In this document: one piece after another, positions 6,904 through 17,776 of the stretch
Numbering within the stretch: position 1 is the stretch's first letter
How the letters are laid out: each line of letters begins with the position of its first letter
Virus record (IMG/VR): IMGVR_UViG_3300026118_000005
Location: 2,916-66,915 of that record
Length of the DNA stretch: 64,000 nucleotides
Strand: one strand, 5' to 3'
Source of the DNA: a virus
Notes under the pieces: generated by a model
Database searches by the model: none
The model's input: only the letters and a program-made list of their open reading frames with translations
Told to the model about the DNA's origin: nothing
Position numbers and translations under genes: made by a program

Positions 6904-7686
6904 ATGATTGAACCAATCCACATTCTGAGCCTGGGCGCGGGCGTCCAGTCGAGCACCGTTGCTCTTATGGCAGCAGAAGGGGAAATCACCCCGATGCCAG
7001 CGTTTGCAGTTTTCGCAGACACTGGTGACGAACCGCAGGCCGTTTACGAATGGCTCTCCAAGTTGGAAACAATGCTGCCGTTTCGAGTAAAGATTGCTCG
7101 CAATGCCATTCCAATAAACGGCAAACTAAGTGACAATCTTTTTCAGTGGGACCATTCGCAGATTCCTGCCTTCAAGATCAATCCGAAAACAGGCGCTCCA
7201 GGTTTAGGGAAGCGGCAATGCACGAAACACTGGAAGATTGTTCCGGTTCACCGAAAAATAAGGGAGGCGACAGATACCAAAAACAAAAGGTTGGAACCTG
7301 GATTCGTTGAGTTATGGCAGGGCATCAGCGTTGATGAGATATTCAGGGCGAAGGAATCTCGCGAACCGTGGATAAAGCATAGGTTCCCACTTCTCGAAAA
7401 GCGCATGCGCCGTGGTGATTGCGTTGCGTGGCTAAAACGACGAGGGCTTGAGGCACCCCGCAGCGCCTGCATCTATTGCCCGCTCAAGAAGCAATCCGAA
7501 TGGAGAAAGAGCATGGCAATTCCAGAAGAGCGGGCGCTCATTCTAAAGGTCGATGCGATGTTAAATGAGAGAGGCGAGTTCTTGCACCCGTCCTGCAAAC
7601 CAATCGGCGCGATTGACTTAACCGAGGAGGGGTATGCCGAACTAGACCTATTCAACAATGAGTGTGAAGGCATGTGCGGCGTTTAA
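6904..7686 (+). CDS. PAPS-reductase-like (PP-loop/HUP fold) Cys-rich phage protein
   Basis: ILSLGAGVQSS PP-loop, FADTG, RQCT..WK, RSACIYCP, C-terminal ECEGMCGV. Confidence 0.75.
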   Translation: MIEPIHILSLGAGVQSSTVALMAAEGEITPMPAFAVFADTGDEPQAVYEWLSKLETMLPFRVKIARNAIPINGKLSDNLFQWDHSQIPAFKINPKTGAPGLGKRQCTKHWKIVPVHRKIREATDTKNKRLEPGFVELWQGISVDEIFRAKESREPWIKHRFPLLEKRMRRGDCVAWLKRRGLEAPRSACIYCPLKKQSEWRKSMAIPEERALILKVDAMLNERGEFLHPSCKPIGAIDLTEEGYAELDLFNNECEGMCGV

Positions 7687-7764
7687 TTCACCACCCGAAA
7701 CTATAGACTGAGAATATGACCGCACACAATTCAGCAACGGCAAGACCGCTATGGGAGGACTAAT

Positions 7765-8001
7765 ATGCAAGGCCCCGACTTCATTGACATCCAACTACTG
7801 AGAACGCTCATGCCTGCGGAAACAATGCTTGAGAAAATCCCAAAGCGAAAGAGGGAGCGAATCAATCGGATCGTACAAGGCGATACGTTCGGATGTCCGT
7901 GGCAGTTATCCAAAGAAGGAGCGACTTTCCACGGCCATCGATTCTTTGGACCCCATAAATCCTACGGAGTCTTTGTTGATGTCCTATCCGAGTGGCAGTG
8001 A
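7765..8001 (+). CDS. Hypothetical protein
   Basis: 78 aa with GGAGG upstream; converges on the GT4 gene. Confidence 0.5.
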   Translation: MQGPDFIDIQLLRTLMPAETMLEKIPKRKRERINRIVQGDTFGCPWQLSKEGATFHGHRFFGPHKSYGVFVDVLSEWQ

Positions 8002-8002
8002 A

Positions 8003-9154
8003 TCACGGATAGCGCCGACGATTCGCAGGATCAAAGGACTTAGAATTCCAGCCTTCGCCCCAGAGGCCAAGCAACTGCTTGAACCAGTTCTCGAACTGAT
8101 AGCGGACGACATCGATGGAGAATCGAGCAAGAGCACGTTCGCGGATCTTCGAACGATCCATCGTGTGGACGTTCTGCGCAGCCCAGATGATTTCTCCGAC
8201 GGTTCGGCAGCGGAAGCCGTCAACGCCGTCTTCAACGGTCTCGGTGAACGCGCCAAAATCCGAAACGATCACGGGAGTTCCGAGAAGCATCGATTCCGCC
8301 GCAACGCCTTCAAAAGGCCCTATGTACTGCGTAAGTGCAAAGAGCGCACGAGCGTTCCCCATCAGTGCCACTTTCTCCTTGGGTCCGACAACGCCCACGT
8401 GGTGGACATGCTGACCCGCGCCTTTGATCTGTAGCCCTGCGTTCCCGTAGTAGATGTGATTCTCCCGCTTCCATATCCCTTGGCCTGCGATCTTGAGTTG
8501 CGATCCTATCTCCGCGCACACATCCGCCGCAATGGCTGGCCCTTTGTCGGGATTCATGCGACCCACGAAAGCGAAGTAATCGTTTGTCGGATTCTCGATT
8601 GCTGGGAAGTCTGCCGGATCGTAGTAGTTCGGAATGATGGCGTCGTAATGCCTGCCCTGGTCCCATTGATAACGCCCGTAAACGTGGTGCATCCACGCTG
8701 AGGATTCGAAGGCGCAATACTTGGCAACGATGCCTTTGTAACCGACGGCGAATTCGACACTCGTCAGGCGAGGGAAGGCTTTGATGATCGACTCTTGCGG
8801 CCATCCGCTGATGAGGCAGAGGAAATCCTTCTCGTCTTTCACCCGTGCCTGGATCGCCCGAATCATGCGCCGGTTTGACATGATCCAGTATGCCTCTTTC
8901 GGGTCCCATTTTAGGTCGTACAGGTCTTTCGAATAATCCTTGTCGCCCCAGATGTCGTCCCGCTCGGACTTCGTGATAATGTCCACATGCTCCGTGCAAT
9001 CGACCTCGGAGCCTTCCCCGCCGTAGTGGTAAACCTCGTGCCCCAGACTGAGCATCATCGTGCAAAACAGCCGCACCTTCTGCGTGTAGGCGCAGGCAGG
9101 ATGGTCTTCCTTGTGCGTGGAGGTATGCGGGAGGGCGCAGACGTGGAATCTCAT
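8003..9154 (-). CDS. Glycosyltransferase family 4 (GT-B)
   Basis: FVGRMNPDKG, GPFEGVAAESMLLGTPVIVSDFGAFTETVEDGVDGFRC. Confidence 0.9.
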   Translation of the reverse strand: MRFHVCALPHTSTHKEDHPACAYTQKVRLFCTMMLSLGHEVYHYGGEGSEVDCTEHVDIITKSERDDIWGDKDYSKDLYDLKWDPKEAYWIMSNRRMIRAIQARVKDEKDFLCLISGWPQESIIKAFPRLTSVEFAVGYKGIVAKYCAFESSAWMHHVYGRYQWDQGRHYDAIIPNYYDPADFPAIENPTNDYFAFVGRMNPDKGPAIAADVCAEIGSQLKIAGQGIWKRENHIYYGNAGLQIKGAGQHVHHVGVVGPKEKVALMGNARALFALTQYIGPFEGVAAESMLLGTPVIVSDFGAFTETVEDGVDGFRCRTVGEIIWAAQNVHTMDRSKIRERALARFSIDVVRYQFENWFKQLLGLWGEGWNSKSFDPANRRRYP

Positions 9155-9345
9155 GTCGCAGGTTCAGAATGGTTAAGCGGCCCCCATGGCATACGGCACC
9201 ATTCACATCTACCACTCACCTGGTCCTCTGGTTCCAAGTCGCTTTTGCAATAGTAACAGGTTTCCGGCATGGTAGTTCCTGGCGGGTACCTATAACTAGG
9301 CACTTCGTCATTGGATGATTCAACTGCGGCTTCGGTCGATTCCAT
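9151..9345 (-). CDS. Small Zn-ribbon protein
   Basis: CYYC...CEWC; promoter TTGACG-17-TAGAAT lies 5 nt before the ATG. Confidence 0.55.
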   Translation of the reverse strand: MESTEAAVESSNDEVPSYRYPPGTTMPETCYYCKSDLEPEDQVSGRCEWCRMPWGPLNHSEPAT

Positions 9346-9392
9346 CACCAATTCTATCCCCTGGCGTTTCTGCCGTCAAGAATCCGCTTGCA

Positions 9393-10773
<1,381 letters not shown>

Positions 10774-10774
<1 letters not shown>

Positions 10775-11169
10775 CAGCCAATCGGATTGTTGGAAACAAA
10801 GATGTTCGGGTTGTAGGGCACCGAGGCAATCAACTGCGTCTCTCCCGCATCCTTCCAGAACTTCCAAAAAGAGAGCATGAACTTAACCTGACGAAGATCC
10901 GCATGCATCACATCATCCGCGAATACGGCCACATTATCGGCGGGAGTCGCCTCAACCACCACGGGCGTTCCCTGGGGGTCATTGATGCTCGTGAGAATCG
11001 GCGTCGTGGTGATGCCAGACGGGACGGTCAACGGGAAATCCCGAAAGTACCCGTTCAGGATCGTGTTGGCATTCGCTTCGTCCGGCTCCGTGAAATGGTC
11101 CACGTCCTCCACTTTCGTGGCGGTCAATGTGATGCGGTCGTTGATGTAGAAGACGCCTGCGTCAGCCAT
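10774..11169 (-). CDS. Putative virion protein
   Basis: 131 aa coupled ORF in the late operon. Confidence 0.6.
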
Positions 11170-11172
11170 GGG

Positions 11173-11346
11173 TTAGCCTTTCTTCCACGATCTCATAGAC
11201 AAAGCTAATCTTGCCCTTTTCGCTTTGAGCTTGTCATCGCTGTGCGCTGCCGCTTCGAGGTCATCGCGGGGGATCTTCTCCCCTTGCGGGACGCCCATCG
11301 AGCGTTTCAAAGCGCCCTTCTTAAGGTGTAGGTGCAGAGGTTTCAT
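11173..11346 (-). CDS. Small basic phage protein
   Basis: MKPLHLHLKKGALKRSMGVPQGEKIP...AKRARLALSMRSWKKG; motif recalled from small phage virion-region proteins. Confidence 0.6.
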   Translation of the reverse strand: MKPLHLHLKKGALKRSMGVPQGEKIPRDDLEAAAHSDDKLKAKRARLALSMRSWKKG

Positions 11347-11833
11347 CGTGTGATTCGGCATCAGAGGTGCTGGGCTGAGTGACTGTCGCATGGCTTGGTA
11401 CGGGGAAGTATTTTGCTCCGTTGAGAATGCAGTAATCAACATACTGGACGCCAACGGAGGGATCAACGCCCAGAGCTTTGAATGCAGGTTTCGTCAGGTC
11501 CAGACCGTTCTCGGGGTGATCTTGAATGTTCGGCCCAAGGTCGATTAGGGGGGCGTAGATGGATTTGCCAGTTGTGCGGTTTAGCGCCTTGACCATGATC
11601 CAATAGGGCATCTTTGGGATTCCGCTGCCATGAGTCGCCGGGAACTGTGCGCCGATGTCCATCGGGAGCGCCGCGCCGAAGGTTTCGGGATGCGACTTTG
11701 TGGAGAAGCCGCTAGCAGTCTCTCCAGAATCTTGCGGATCATCCGCGCCACCGAACCAGGTCGTTTTAATCGAACGAAACCAAACGTCCTTGCCGTCGAT
11801 CTCATGAACAAATGGTGCTTCCTGTGTGCTCAT
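11321..11833 (-). CDS. RlpA-like double-psi beta-barrel lytic transglycosylase (candidate endolysin)
   Basis: TWFGG..GETASG, GAALP, VKALNRTTGKSIYAPLIDLGP, LDLTKPAFKALG; adjacent to membrane proteins. Confidence 0.75.
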   Translation of the reverse strand: MSTQEAPFVHEIDGKDVWFRSIKTTWFGGADDPQDSGETASGFSTKSHPETFGAALPMDIGAQFPATHGSGIPKMPYWIMVKALNRTTGKSIYAPLIDLGPNIQDHPENGLDLTKPAFKALGVDPSVGVQYVDYCILNGAKYFPVPSHATVTQPSTSDAESHDETSAPTP

Positions 11834-12306
11834 TCTTCTTTCCCCTGTAAAGCTCGGATATGGGCAAGCTTGATCTCGTCAGTCAACCTGCTCAGCATTT
11901 CCGTATTACGATTGATCGACTCGGCCTGCTTGTCGAGTGCTGCCGCGATCTTGGCGGAGGAATCCGCCTGCTTGCCGACGTTCTCGATGGAAATCTGAGT
12001 GAGCACCTTTTGGTCCTTGTAGATCTCGCGGACGCCGTACCCGGCAGCCACCAGACCAGCCACCATTACAAAGAAGCACATGAGCACGATCAAGACCGCC
12101 GGCTGCGATCCGTACTGGCCAATGGCCCACGCGAGCAACTTTGCCCACCCGCTGACATGTACATTGTCCGGGGTCGTCTCATTCGCTTTCTTGGTCATAC
12201 GCTGTTTCCATGTGTTCTCCTCTTCAGCGGGGACTTCGGCATAACGAACCGGAGCCATTGGTCGGCAGGCGGGATATGGGATTGGGTTCATGCCGTGGTA
12301 TCGCAT
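11830..12306 (-). CDS. Membrane protein with coiled coil (holin/spanin candidate)
   Basis: Hydrophobic AVLIVLMCFFVMVAGLVAAGYGV followed by heptads; directly upstream of the endolysin; start uncertain. Confidence 0.55.
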   Translation of the reverse strand: MRYHGMNPIPYPACRPMAPVRYAEVPAEEENTWKQRMTKKANETTPDNVHVSGWAKLLAWAIGQYGSQPAVLIVLMCFFVMVAGLVAAGYGVREIYKDQKVLTQISIENVGKQADSSAKIAAALDKQAESINRNTEMLSRLTDEIKLAHIRALQGKEE

Positions 12307-12636
12307 TCACTTGGTCTGCCGGTCCTGCAACGTGTGCTTGATCCAGCCAATGTCAGCCCGCATTTCATTGATGGACGGCACGAGAGATTCGACGGCTGAC
12401 ACTCGGCGTTCTGTGCTTTTGGAGAACTCGGATTCGTGGTAGATGCCCCTTTGGCTGGCAGCGGTCCCTTCATGGTCAATCCTTCGAACCTCTAGGCGCA
12501 AATCTCCCAAAAGATCCGCCATCCTCGCCTGACGCTCTCCCAGCGTGATCCAATTCCCGTACACTGCTCCCGCCAACGCCGCCAAAGAGGCAGCGTGGCC
12601 GACGTTGAAGTGCCAGAAATCGGAAGGGAGTTTCAT
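12307..12636 (-). CDS. Small membrane/coiled-coil protein (lysis cassette candidate)
   Basis: N-terminal hydrophobic helix, C-terminal EMRADIGWIK coiled coil. Confidence 0.55.
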   Translation of the reverse strand: MKLPSDFWHFNVGHAASLAALAGAVYGNWITLGERQARMADLLGDLRLEVRRIDHEGTAASQRGIYHESEFSKSTERRVSAVESLVPSINEMRADIGWIKHTLQDRQTK

Positions 12637-12809
12637 GCGGCTATGCTCCGTGCCTTGGCAAGGAGTGCGTCGATCTGGGTGACGATCTGTTGGACGCCAA
12701 TTTCGTAAGCGGATTTCATGGCGTTGTTTCGATTCTCAACTTCCGTGAGTTCATTACTCACTTGGTCCAGTTGAGCTTGGAGGGCTGCGATTTGTTCGGA
12801 GGGTGTCAT
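12633..12809 (-). CDS. Small coiled-coil protein (58 aa)
   Basis: Manual translation MTPSEQIAALQAQLDQVSNELTEVENRNN...; ATGA overlap with the next gene. Confidence 0.6.
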   Translation of the reverse strand: MTPSEQIAALQAQLDQVSNELTEVENRNNAMKSAYEIGVQQIVTQIDALLAKARSIAA

Positions 12810-12835
12810 GTGGTGGGTATGTTGGGTTACTGAAA

Positions 12836-13639
12836 TTATGGCATCAATGCTGCCTCAACGCCATCTCGGTCAGCGTTGGAAAGAGCTGCGCTGTAGGTAG
12901 CGATCTCGCGAATGTATCCGGCTCGACATGCCGTCACGAAACCGTTGAAACGCATGAGGAAGAATGCGCTCGGGGTGTTCCCGGACCCTTGCAAAGTGGT
13001 CAAATGGTGCACTGCGTCGAATACGCCAGCGCCATCCAATGTGGTCGCTACGCCATCCTTCCAGCAGTTGATCCAGTTGCCACCAATGATTATGTTGTCA
13101 AAAACAAAGCTATCGGCCAAATCTGGACGGCCATCGATGAGGTATTGCCCATTGTTCGCGCTCGCTCCCGTGGCATGGGAGATGAAGAATTCCACCATCG
13201 CTACGGCGACTGTCGCCTGAATCCAATCATCCGTGCCATCATAGAGCATTCCAGGAAATCCAGCGCTGACCAAAACGGCACCGGTGTCCACGATCATCGA
13301 TTCCTCGGCGGCTACATTCCCGTTGCTGAGATTGGAAGTGCCAGTCTGTCCGTAGACCGTGGCAATGAATCCATTCCCAGCGCCGCAGAAGGTCAGTAGC
13401 GATGCCTCATCCAACGATCCATTGGCCAAGTATCCGATGTCCAATTCCGTGTTGTCGCTGCTTCGACGAACTCGGATCAATGGCCCCGTGTAGCTGGAAA
13501 GCAACCTACGCGCAACGCTCCAAGCACCTGAGAGATTGGTCGTGTACGGGTCCAGCGGTCCAACGAAAGGCACAATTCCTGGCGATCCGGCAACGATGCC
13601 GAATCCTCCCAGATGTGCGCCTTTGCCAGATGAGATCAC
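12836..13639 (-). CDS. Arabinofuranosidase-B-like/ConA-lectin-fold virion protein
   Basis: GAWSVARRLLSSYTGPLIRVRRSSDNTELDIG...GFIATVYGQTG; LamG-like C-terminus GYIREIATYSAALS. Confidence 0.7.
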   Translation of the reverse strand: MISSGKGAHLGGFGIVAGSPGIVPFVGPLDPYTTNLSGAWSVARRLLSSYTGPLIRVRRSSDNTELDIGYLANGSLDEASLLTFCGAGNGFIATVYGQTGTSNLSNGNVAAEESMIVDTGAVLVSAGFPGMLYDGTDDWIQATVAVAMVEFFISHATGASANNGQYLIDGRPDLADSFVFDNIIIGGNWINCWKDGVATTLDGAGVFDAVHHLTTLQGSGNTPSAFFLMRFNGFVTACRAGYIREIATYSAALSNADRDGVEAALMP

Positions 13640-13642
13640 AAA

Positions 13643-14005
13643 TCAGAAATACCAGAAAGACAAGCTGCCAGCCTCCACCGTGTAAGGGATTGCTCCCAAA
13701 GTGCCACCTGCTGGCGCGTTGAAAGATACAGGAGCGCTCGCGAAGAGATCCGCTCCGGCAACCGTCCCTTCGAAGTCCGACGATGCCAGAAACGCCACGG
13801 ATAGCTTCCCAGCAGCAACGGTACCGTCCCCGGTAGCTGTGTCGCCTACAGGGGTTCTCTCCACTCCGCCACCGCCACCACCCGCAATCGTCTCTAGAAG
13901 GTCAAGAGCGGCGTTCTGCTCAAGCACCAACGTCTTGAGCAACGGGACTTCCGTCTGATCGTTCAGAGGGCCGTAGGGCGTCGAATATTCGCTACTAAGT
14001 GCCAT
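13643..14005 (-). CDS. Hypothetical virion protein
   Basis: 120 aa with poly-Gly linker and beta-rich C-terminus. Confidence 0.6.
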   Translation of the reverse strand: MALSSEYSTPYGPLNDQTEVPLLKTLVLEQNAALDLLETIAGGGGGGVERTPVGDTATGDGTVAAGKLSVAFLASSDFEGTVAGADLFASAPVSFNAPAGGTLGAIPYTVEAGSLSFWYF

Positions 14006-14009
14006 AGGG

Positions 14010-14447
14010 TTACCTCCGTCCCATCATTGCCGAAATGGCAGCATCCATCGACTTCGGGGGAGCACGACGCCGAGGCGGCATGTCTTCTTCCTCCCCGTCT
14101 TCGGGATATTCATCCTCGGGATTGGGCTCTTGCGCTTCGGTTTCAGGCGCAGGTTCCATGGCGTCATCTTGACGCTCGCCTTCGGAGTTGTCTTCCTCGG
14201 CTTCTTCCGCGTTGGATTCGGCCCCAGGGATCGGCATGCCGTCAATCTTGGTAGGGCAAATCTTGCCGTCCTTCATCCGATACGTGATGAGCGCTTCGTG
14301 TTCTCCATCGCCTTCAGGTGCTTCGAATCCATCGGGAGGTGTGATGTAGTTCTCATCACCATCCGGTTCGCCATGTCCAGCGCCAGGACCGGCAGCAATC
14401 ATCAATTCCAGCCCGCGCTTGGGCTTGTCCATCATCGGCATTGCCAT
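14010..14447 (-). CDS. Acidic low-complexity protein
   Basis: 145 aa E/D/P-rich ORF just downstream of the capsid gene. Confidence 0.6.
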   Translation of the reverse strand: MAMPMMDKPKRGLELMIAAGPGAGHGEPDGDENYITPPDGFEAPEGDGEHEALITYRMKDGKICPTKIDGMPIPGAESNAEEAEEDNSEGERQDDAMEPAPETEAQEPNPEDEYPEDGEEEDMPPRRRAPPKSMDAAISAMMGRR

Positions 14448-14466
14448 AGTATAAAAGAGTAAGGTT

Positions 14467-14507
14467 AAAAGAAGGGCGGCGACTCCATAGAATGAAGCAC
14501 GCCGCCC
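14467..14507 (-). terminator. Intrinsic terminator after the capsid gene
   Basis: GGGCGGCG...CGCCGCCC stem followed by TTCTTTT on the minus strand. Confidence 0.65.
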
Positions 14508-14526
14508 AGACTGTTTGCCTACTGAC

Positions 14527-15711
14527 TTAGTAGCCGACGCAGGGATTGAGAGCGGAGGAGGGGCAGCGTTGCACGCGGATCACCGCGCCGTACTGCGTGA
14601 TGGCAGGTTCCCAAGCGGCCATCATCGGAGCATACCAGCGGCCAATGTTGGAAAGCGGGTTCTCCGTCTCGGAAGGAATGTTCTTCCAGAGGATTTGGCC
14701 GTTCCAGTTGACCGGGTTGAACCGAGTATCCGCACCGGCGGAGCCCATCGGGCGAGGCATGAGGCGCTTCACCACGAGCGGGTTCCACAGGTACACGTCC
14801 TCGTAAGGAGCGCTCACGTAGCTGGGGTTCAGCTTGGCGTAGGGCTTGCCGTTGGAAGCCGTGGCGCTGATGTAGTAGGGCTGTTGCACCCACTGGCCAC
14901 CTTCGAACGTCCAGCGCGGCATGCGGTTGTCGATGACGTACAGGAAGCCACCGTAAGCGTAGTCGCTGCCCCAGGCTTTCAGAAGCTCGGCGTCCTTGTC
15001 TTCGCCCATCTGGGCAAAGCGGAAGTCTTGCCGAACATCAGCGTCAGCCTTGATGACATCGCGCTTGCGTTCCATGGAACACACGAGCGTGAATTGCGGA
15101 GCGCCGTCCACCATGCCGACAGCTCCTTGGCCTACGCCAGCGCCGTCTTGGATGAACTGCATGTAGACGTTATCCAGCAATCCCTGCGTGAGCCGGGAAG
15201 TCGGAAGCGCCGTGCCGAAGTTGGAGGAATTGACGTAATCGGTCTGTTGCGCGTTGGCGACGATCTTGTGACCGGCGTTCAGGAAATACTGCGCCTTGTC
15301 CTGATCTTCCCAGGCGTCCACGATCAATTGCACGAGGCCCATCTGGGCATTCGCGACCTGCTGTTTGAACAGGTAACCGCGCCGAGCGTCCTCGAAGCAG
15401 ATGGGATCGGAGCGCACCAGCCGTTGATAGGCTTGGTAGGCGAGCTGATTGGAGGGAAAGCTGATCGTGTCCTGATTGGGCACGCAGATATTCGTTTGGC
15501 CAGAATCCGCTTGAACCGCCGACCAATTGTAGGTCCGGGGGTCATAGGGACGTTGGCTGACGAGGGTCACGTAGTTGTAACCGACGCCTTCTTGGAGTTC
15601 GCCTTTGCGCATGAGAGCCGACACACGGCCTTTGTTGCGCTGGACCAGGTACACCTGATCCATCAATCGGGAAGCGTCCTGGGCGAACCAGGAGTCGAGA
15701 GCAGTAGCCAT
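14527..15711 (-). CDS. Major capsid protein
   Basis: 394 aa, downstream of portal and scaffold, own promoter and terminator, strongly biased codons. Confidence 0.75.
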   Translation of the reverse strand: MATALDSWFAQDASRLMDQVYLVQRNKGRVSALMRKGELQEGVGYNYVTLVSQRPYDPRTYNWSAVQADSGQTNICVPNQDTISFPSNQLAYQAYQRLVRSDPICFEDARRGYLFKQQVANAQMGLVQLIVDAWEDQDKAQYFLNAGHKIVANAQQTDYVNSSNFGTALPTSRLTQGLLDNVYMQFIQDGAGVGQGAVGMVDGAPQFTLVCSMERKRDVIKADADVRQDFRFAQMGEDKDAELLKAWGSDYAYGGFLYVIDNRMPRWTFEGGQWVQQPYYISATASNGKPYAKLNPSYVSAPYEDVYLWNPLVVKRLMPRPMGSAGADTRFNPVNWNGQILWKNIPSETENPLSNIGRWYAPMMAAWEPAITQYGAVIRVQRCPSSALNPCVGY

Positions 15712-15939
15712 AACGGCAGAGAAAGAAAGTGGGTGAAAAGAGGAGTAGCAGACCGCACAAGCGCGGATGCCAGATGACGAATAGCCGGGATGCGTGTCCC
15801 TGTTCGCCGTGGGGCCAATCGGCTAAAAGCCCCGTACTCCTCTGTAGCGCACACTCTCCAGCGTCAGAGGCCGCTAGGGAAGGCTCTTGGTTTGCATCTG
15901 CTCACTGATGCCCGCAGAGCGATGCGGTTAAGCAGGTGC

Positions 15940-15968
15940 ATTTTGAAAGCACTATCGCAAATAGTCAA
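15940..15968 (-). promoter_or_regulatory. Promoter for the capsid gene with a ~220-nt leader
   Basis: TTGACT(15963-15968)-17-CAAAAT(15940-15945). Confidence 0.55.
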
Positions 15969-16039
15969 TTGAAATTGTGGGAATTTGAAAGTGCTTGCGG
16001 TTACTTGCAAAATCCGAGAATCTTTGGTAGATATGTCGC

Positions 16040-16312
16040 ATGGTCATATGCATTCCTGGCGCATTTGGATACGCTGTGATTGGGCGCAAGCGAGTTCCTA
16101 ACATTCTTCGATCTTCAATAGAGTTCTCTTCCGAAGAAAATGCAAGGGAGGCGTTTTTATCCCAATCTGTTGAGTTTTACGATTCCGAAAAACAAAAGCG
16201 GACACCCAATAACTTTAAGGAGCATGAGCTAGTTGTGATCGAGTGGTCTCCTGGTCAGTATGTTACCATTAGCGCCCCACCCCCAGCAAGTGAGCATTGC
16301 ATCGTTCCATGA
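16040..16312 (+). CDS. Hypothetical protein (opposite-strand insertion)
   Basis: 90 aa, lower GC; promoter TTGCAA-17-TAGATA lies 6 nt upstream. Confidence 0.55.
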   Translation: MVICIPGAFGYAVIGRKRVPNILRSSIEFSSEENAREAFLSQSVEFYDSEKQKRTPNNFKEHELVVIEWSPGQYVTISAPPPASEHCIVP

Positions 16313-16605
16313 CCGTTCGCCTAGCCTTTGAAAGGGAAGCGCCTCCCGATTTTGATCCAACTACCGAGCCAGTTTACTCGTTCGCTAAGAGCCTTGGATT
16401 CGTGGACGCCATCGCCGAAATGATGGCCCGTTCGGACTTTCGAAAACGATACGTGATAAATCCGGGATACGAGCCCTTTTGGCAGAAGTTAGCCAAGGCA
16501 AAAGCTTATCGACCGGAGCACTTGGCGGCTTTTGTTAAGTCCGAAAACAAACGATGGATGCGCAAACATCCCGCTACTACTGTCCCCGCATGTGCGCCGC
16601 CATAG
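16309..16605 (+). CDS. Hypothetical protein
   Basis: ATGA overlap with the previous ORF. Confidence 0.5.
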   Translation: MTVRLAFEREAPPDFDPTTEPVYSFAKSLGFVDAIAEMMARSDFRKRYVINPGYEPFWQKLAKAKAYRPEHLAAFVKSENKRWMRKHPATTVPACAPP

Positions 16606-17776
16606 CCTGCTCGAGGGAGCCGTGATCGCTTCCATTCCCGTTCGTTGGCTTGGGCGTCGAAGCGTGTAGACCTGGACGAGTCCCTAACGCGGCTTTCTCC
16701 TTCTTCTCGATCTCGGCTAGTTTCGCCTCAGCGGCACGCATGCGATTCGTGATAATCGGCACGAGTTCGTAAGCCATGGCATGAAGCGCCAGTTCCTCGG
16801 GAGTCTCCGCAACAGCCGACCCTTGCACCGTTTTGAGTTCTTCCGATCCGTCCTTTAGCACGTCGGCGAATACGGGATGCAGGCGCTTGAACATGTTCTC
16901 GCGAGCGTCCGCAATCTCCTTGTCCCACTTCTGGGATTCCTGCTGCTCGGCTAGCATCCGATCTGATTCCAGCTTGGCCTTCCCTGTTTCCGCTTCGTTG
17001 AGAATGCGGTCGCGCTCGGCGGCGATCTCCTTCAATTCCCCGACATGGCGGAGAACGTCCGTAATATCCGACGGTCGAACCTGCTCCTCAGAAGTGTTGA
17101 GATAATCCTCGATGGCAATGGCGCGTTGCCTGTTGGTCTTGAATTCGCCGTCGGCGATTTGCAGCAGCTTCGAGAAATCAAGTTTCAGGTCTGTGCAGAT
17201 GTCGGCGAGCCCGGTGAAATTCGCATCCATCGGCTTGGCGATCTTCTCGTCAAACTCGGGAGAGTTCGCCACATCCCACACGCTTCGGAACTTCTTGAGT
17301 TCCTGGTATTCCTTCTCGTGATCGGGGCCGTATTTCTTCTCAAAGTCGGCAAGCTTTTGATCGCGTTCGGCAATATCCTTTTCGAATTGGGCAAGCTTTG
17401 GCTCCATTGCCTCCCGCCACTTCCGAAGTTCGTTCCGTTCTTTCTTGGTGCTCGTCCATGCCCTCTGATCGGTGGGGGCGCTCTCGTCATCGTCCTGAAC
17501 GGTCTTCGTTTCCGCCTTCTTCTCGACCGTATCGCGAACCTCCAACTTAGGCTTCAACTCTTCCAGCCGGTCGATGCCCTTTTTCGTGGACTTCTCTTGA
17601 GGTTTCGGCTTCTCCGTTGGCGTGTCTTGAACCGTGGACAAATCCTGTCCGGGCTCAGTCGTCGCCTTGAATTTCTCCATCGCGGCATCAAGGCTCGGCG
17701 GGAGAGATGCTACGGCAGAAGAAAGGTCTCCAGGCGTTACGGGCGCTGCGGGTGCTTGGGCTACGGCTCCACTCAT
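16577..17776 (-). CDS. Capsid scaffolding protein (putative)
   Basis: 399 aa charged coiled coil between portal and capsid genes. Confidence 0.65.
   Translation of the reverse strand: MSGAVAQAPAAPVTPGDLSSAVASLPPSLDAAMEKFKATTEPGQDLSTVQDTPTEKPKPQEKSTKKGIDRLEELKPKLEVRDTVEKKAETKTVQDDDESAPTDQRAWTSTKKERNELRKWREAMEPKLAQFEKDIAERDQKLADFEKKYGPDHEKEYQELKKFRSVWDVANSPEFDEKIAKPMDANFTGLADICTDLKLDFSKLLQIADGEFKTNRQRAIAIEDYLNTSEEQVRPSDITDVLRHVGELKEIAAERDRILNEAETGKAKLESDRMLAEQQESQKWDKEIADARENMFKRLHPVFADVLKDGSEELKTVQGSAVAETPEELALHAMAYELVPIITNRMRAAEAKLAEIEKKEKAALGTRPGLHASTPKPTNGNGSDHGSLEQAMAAHMRGQ

Noticed and set aside
14515-15777. 420-aa + strand ORF
   Set aside because: Antisense shadow of the codon-biased capsid gene; similar shadows overlie portal, terminase and the giant protein.
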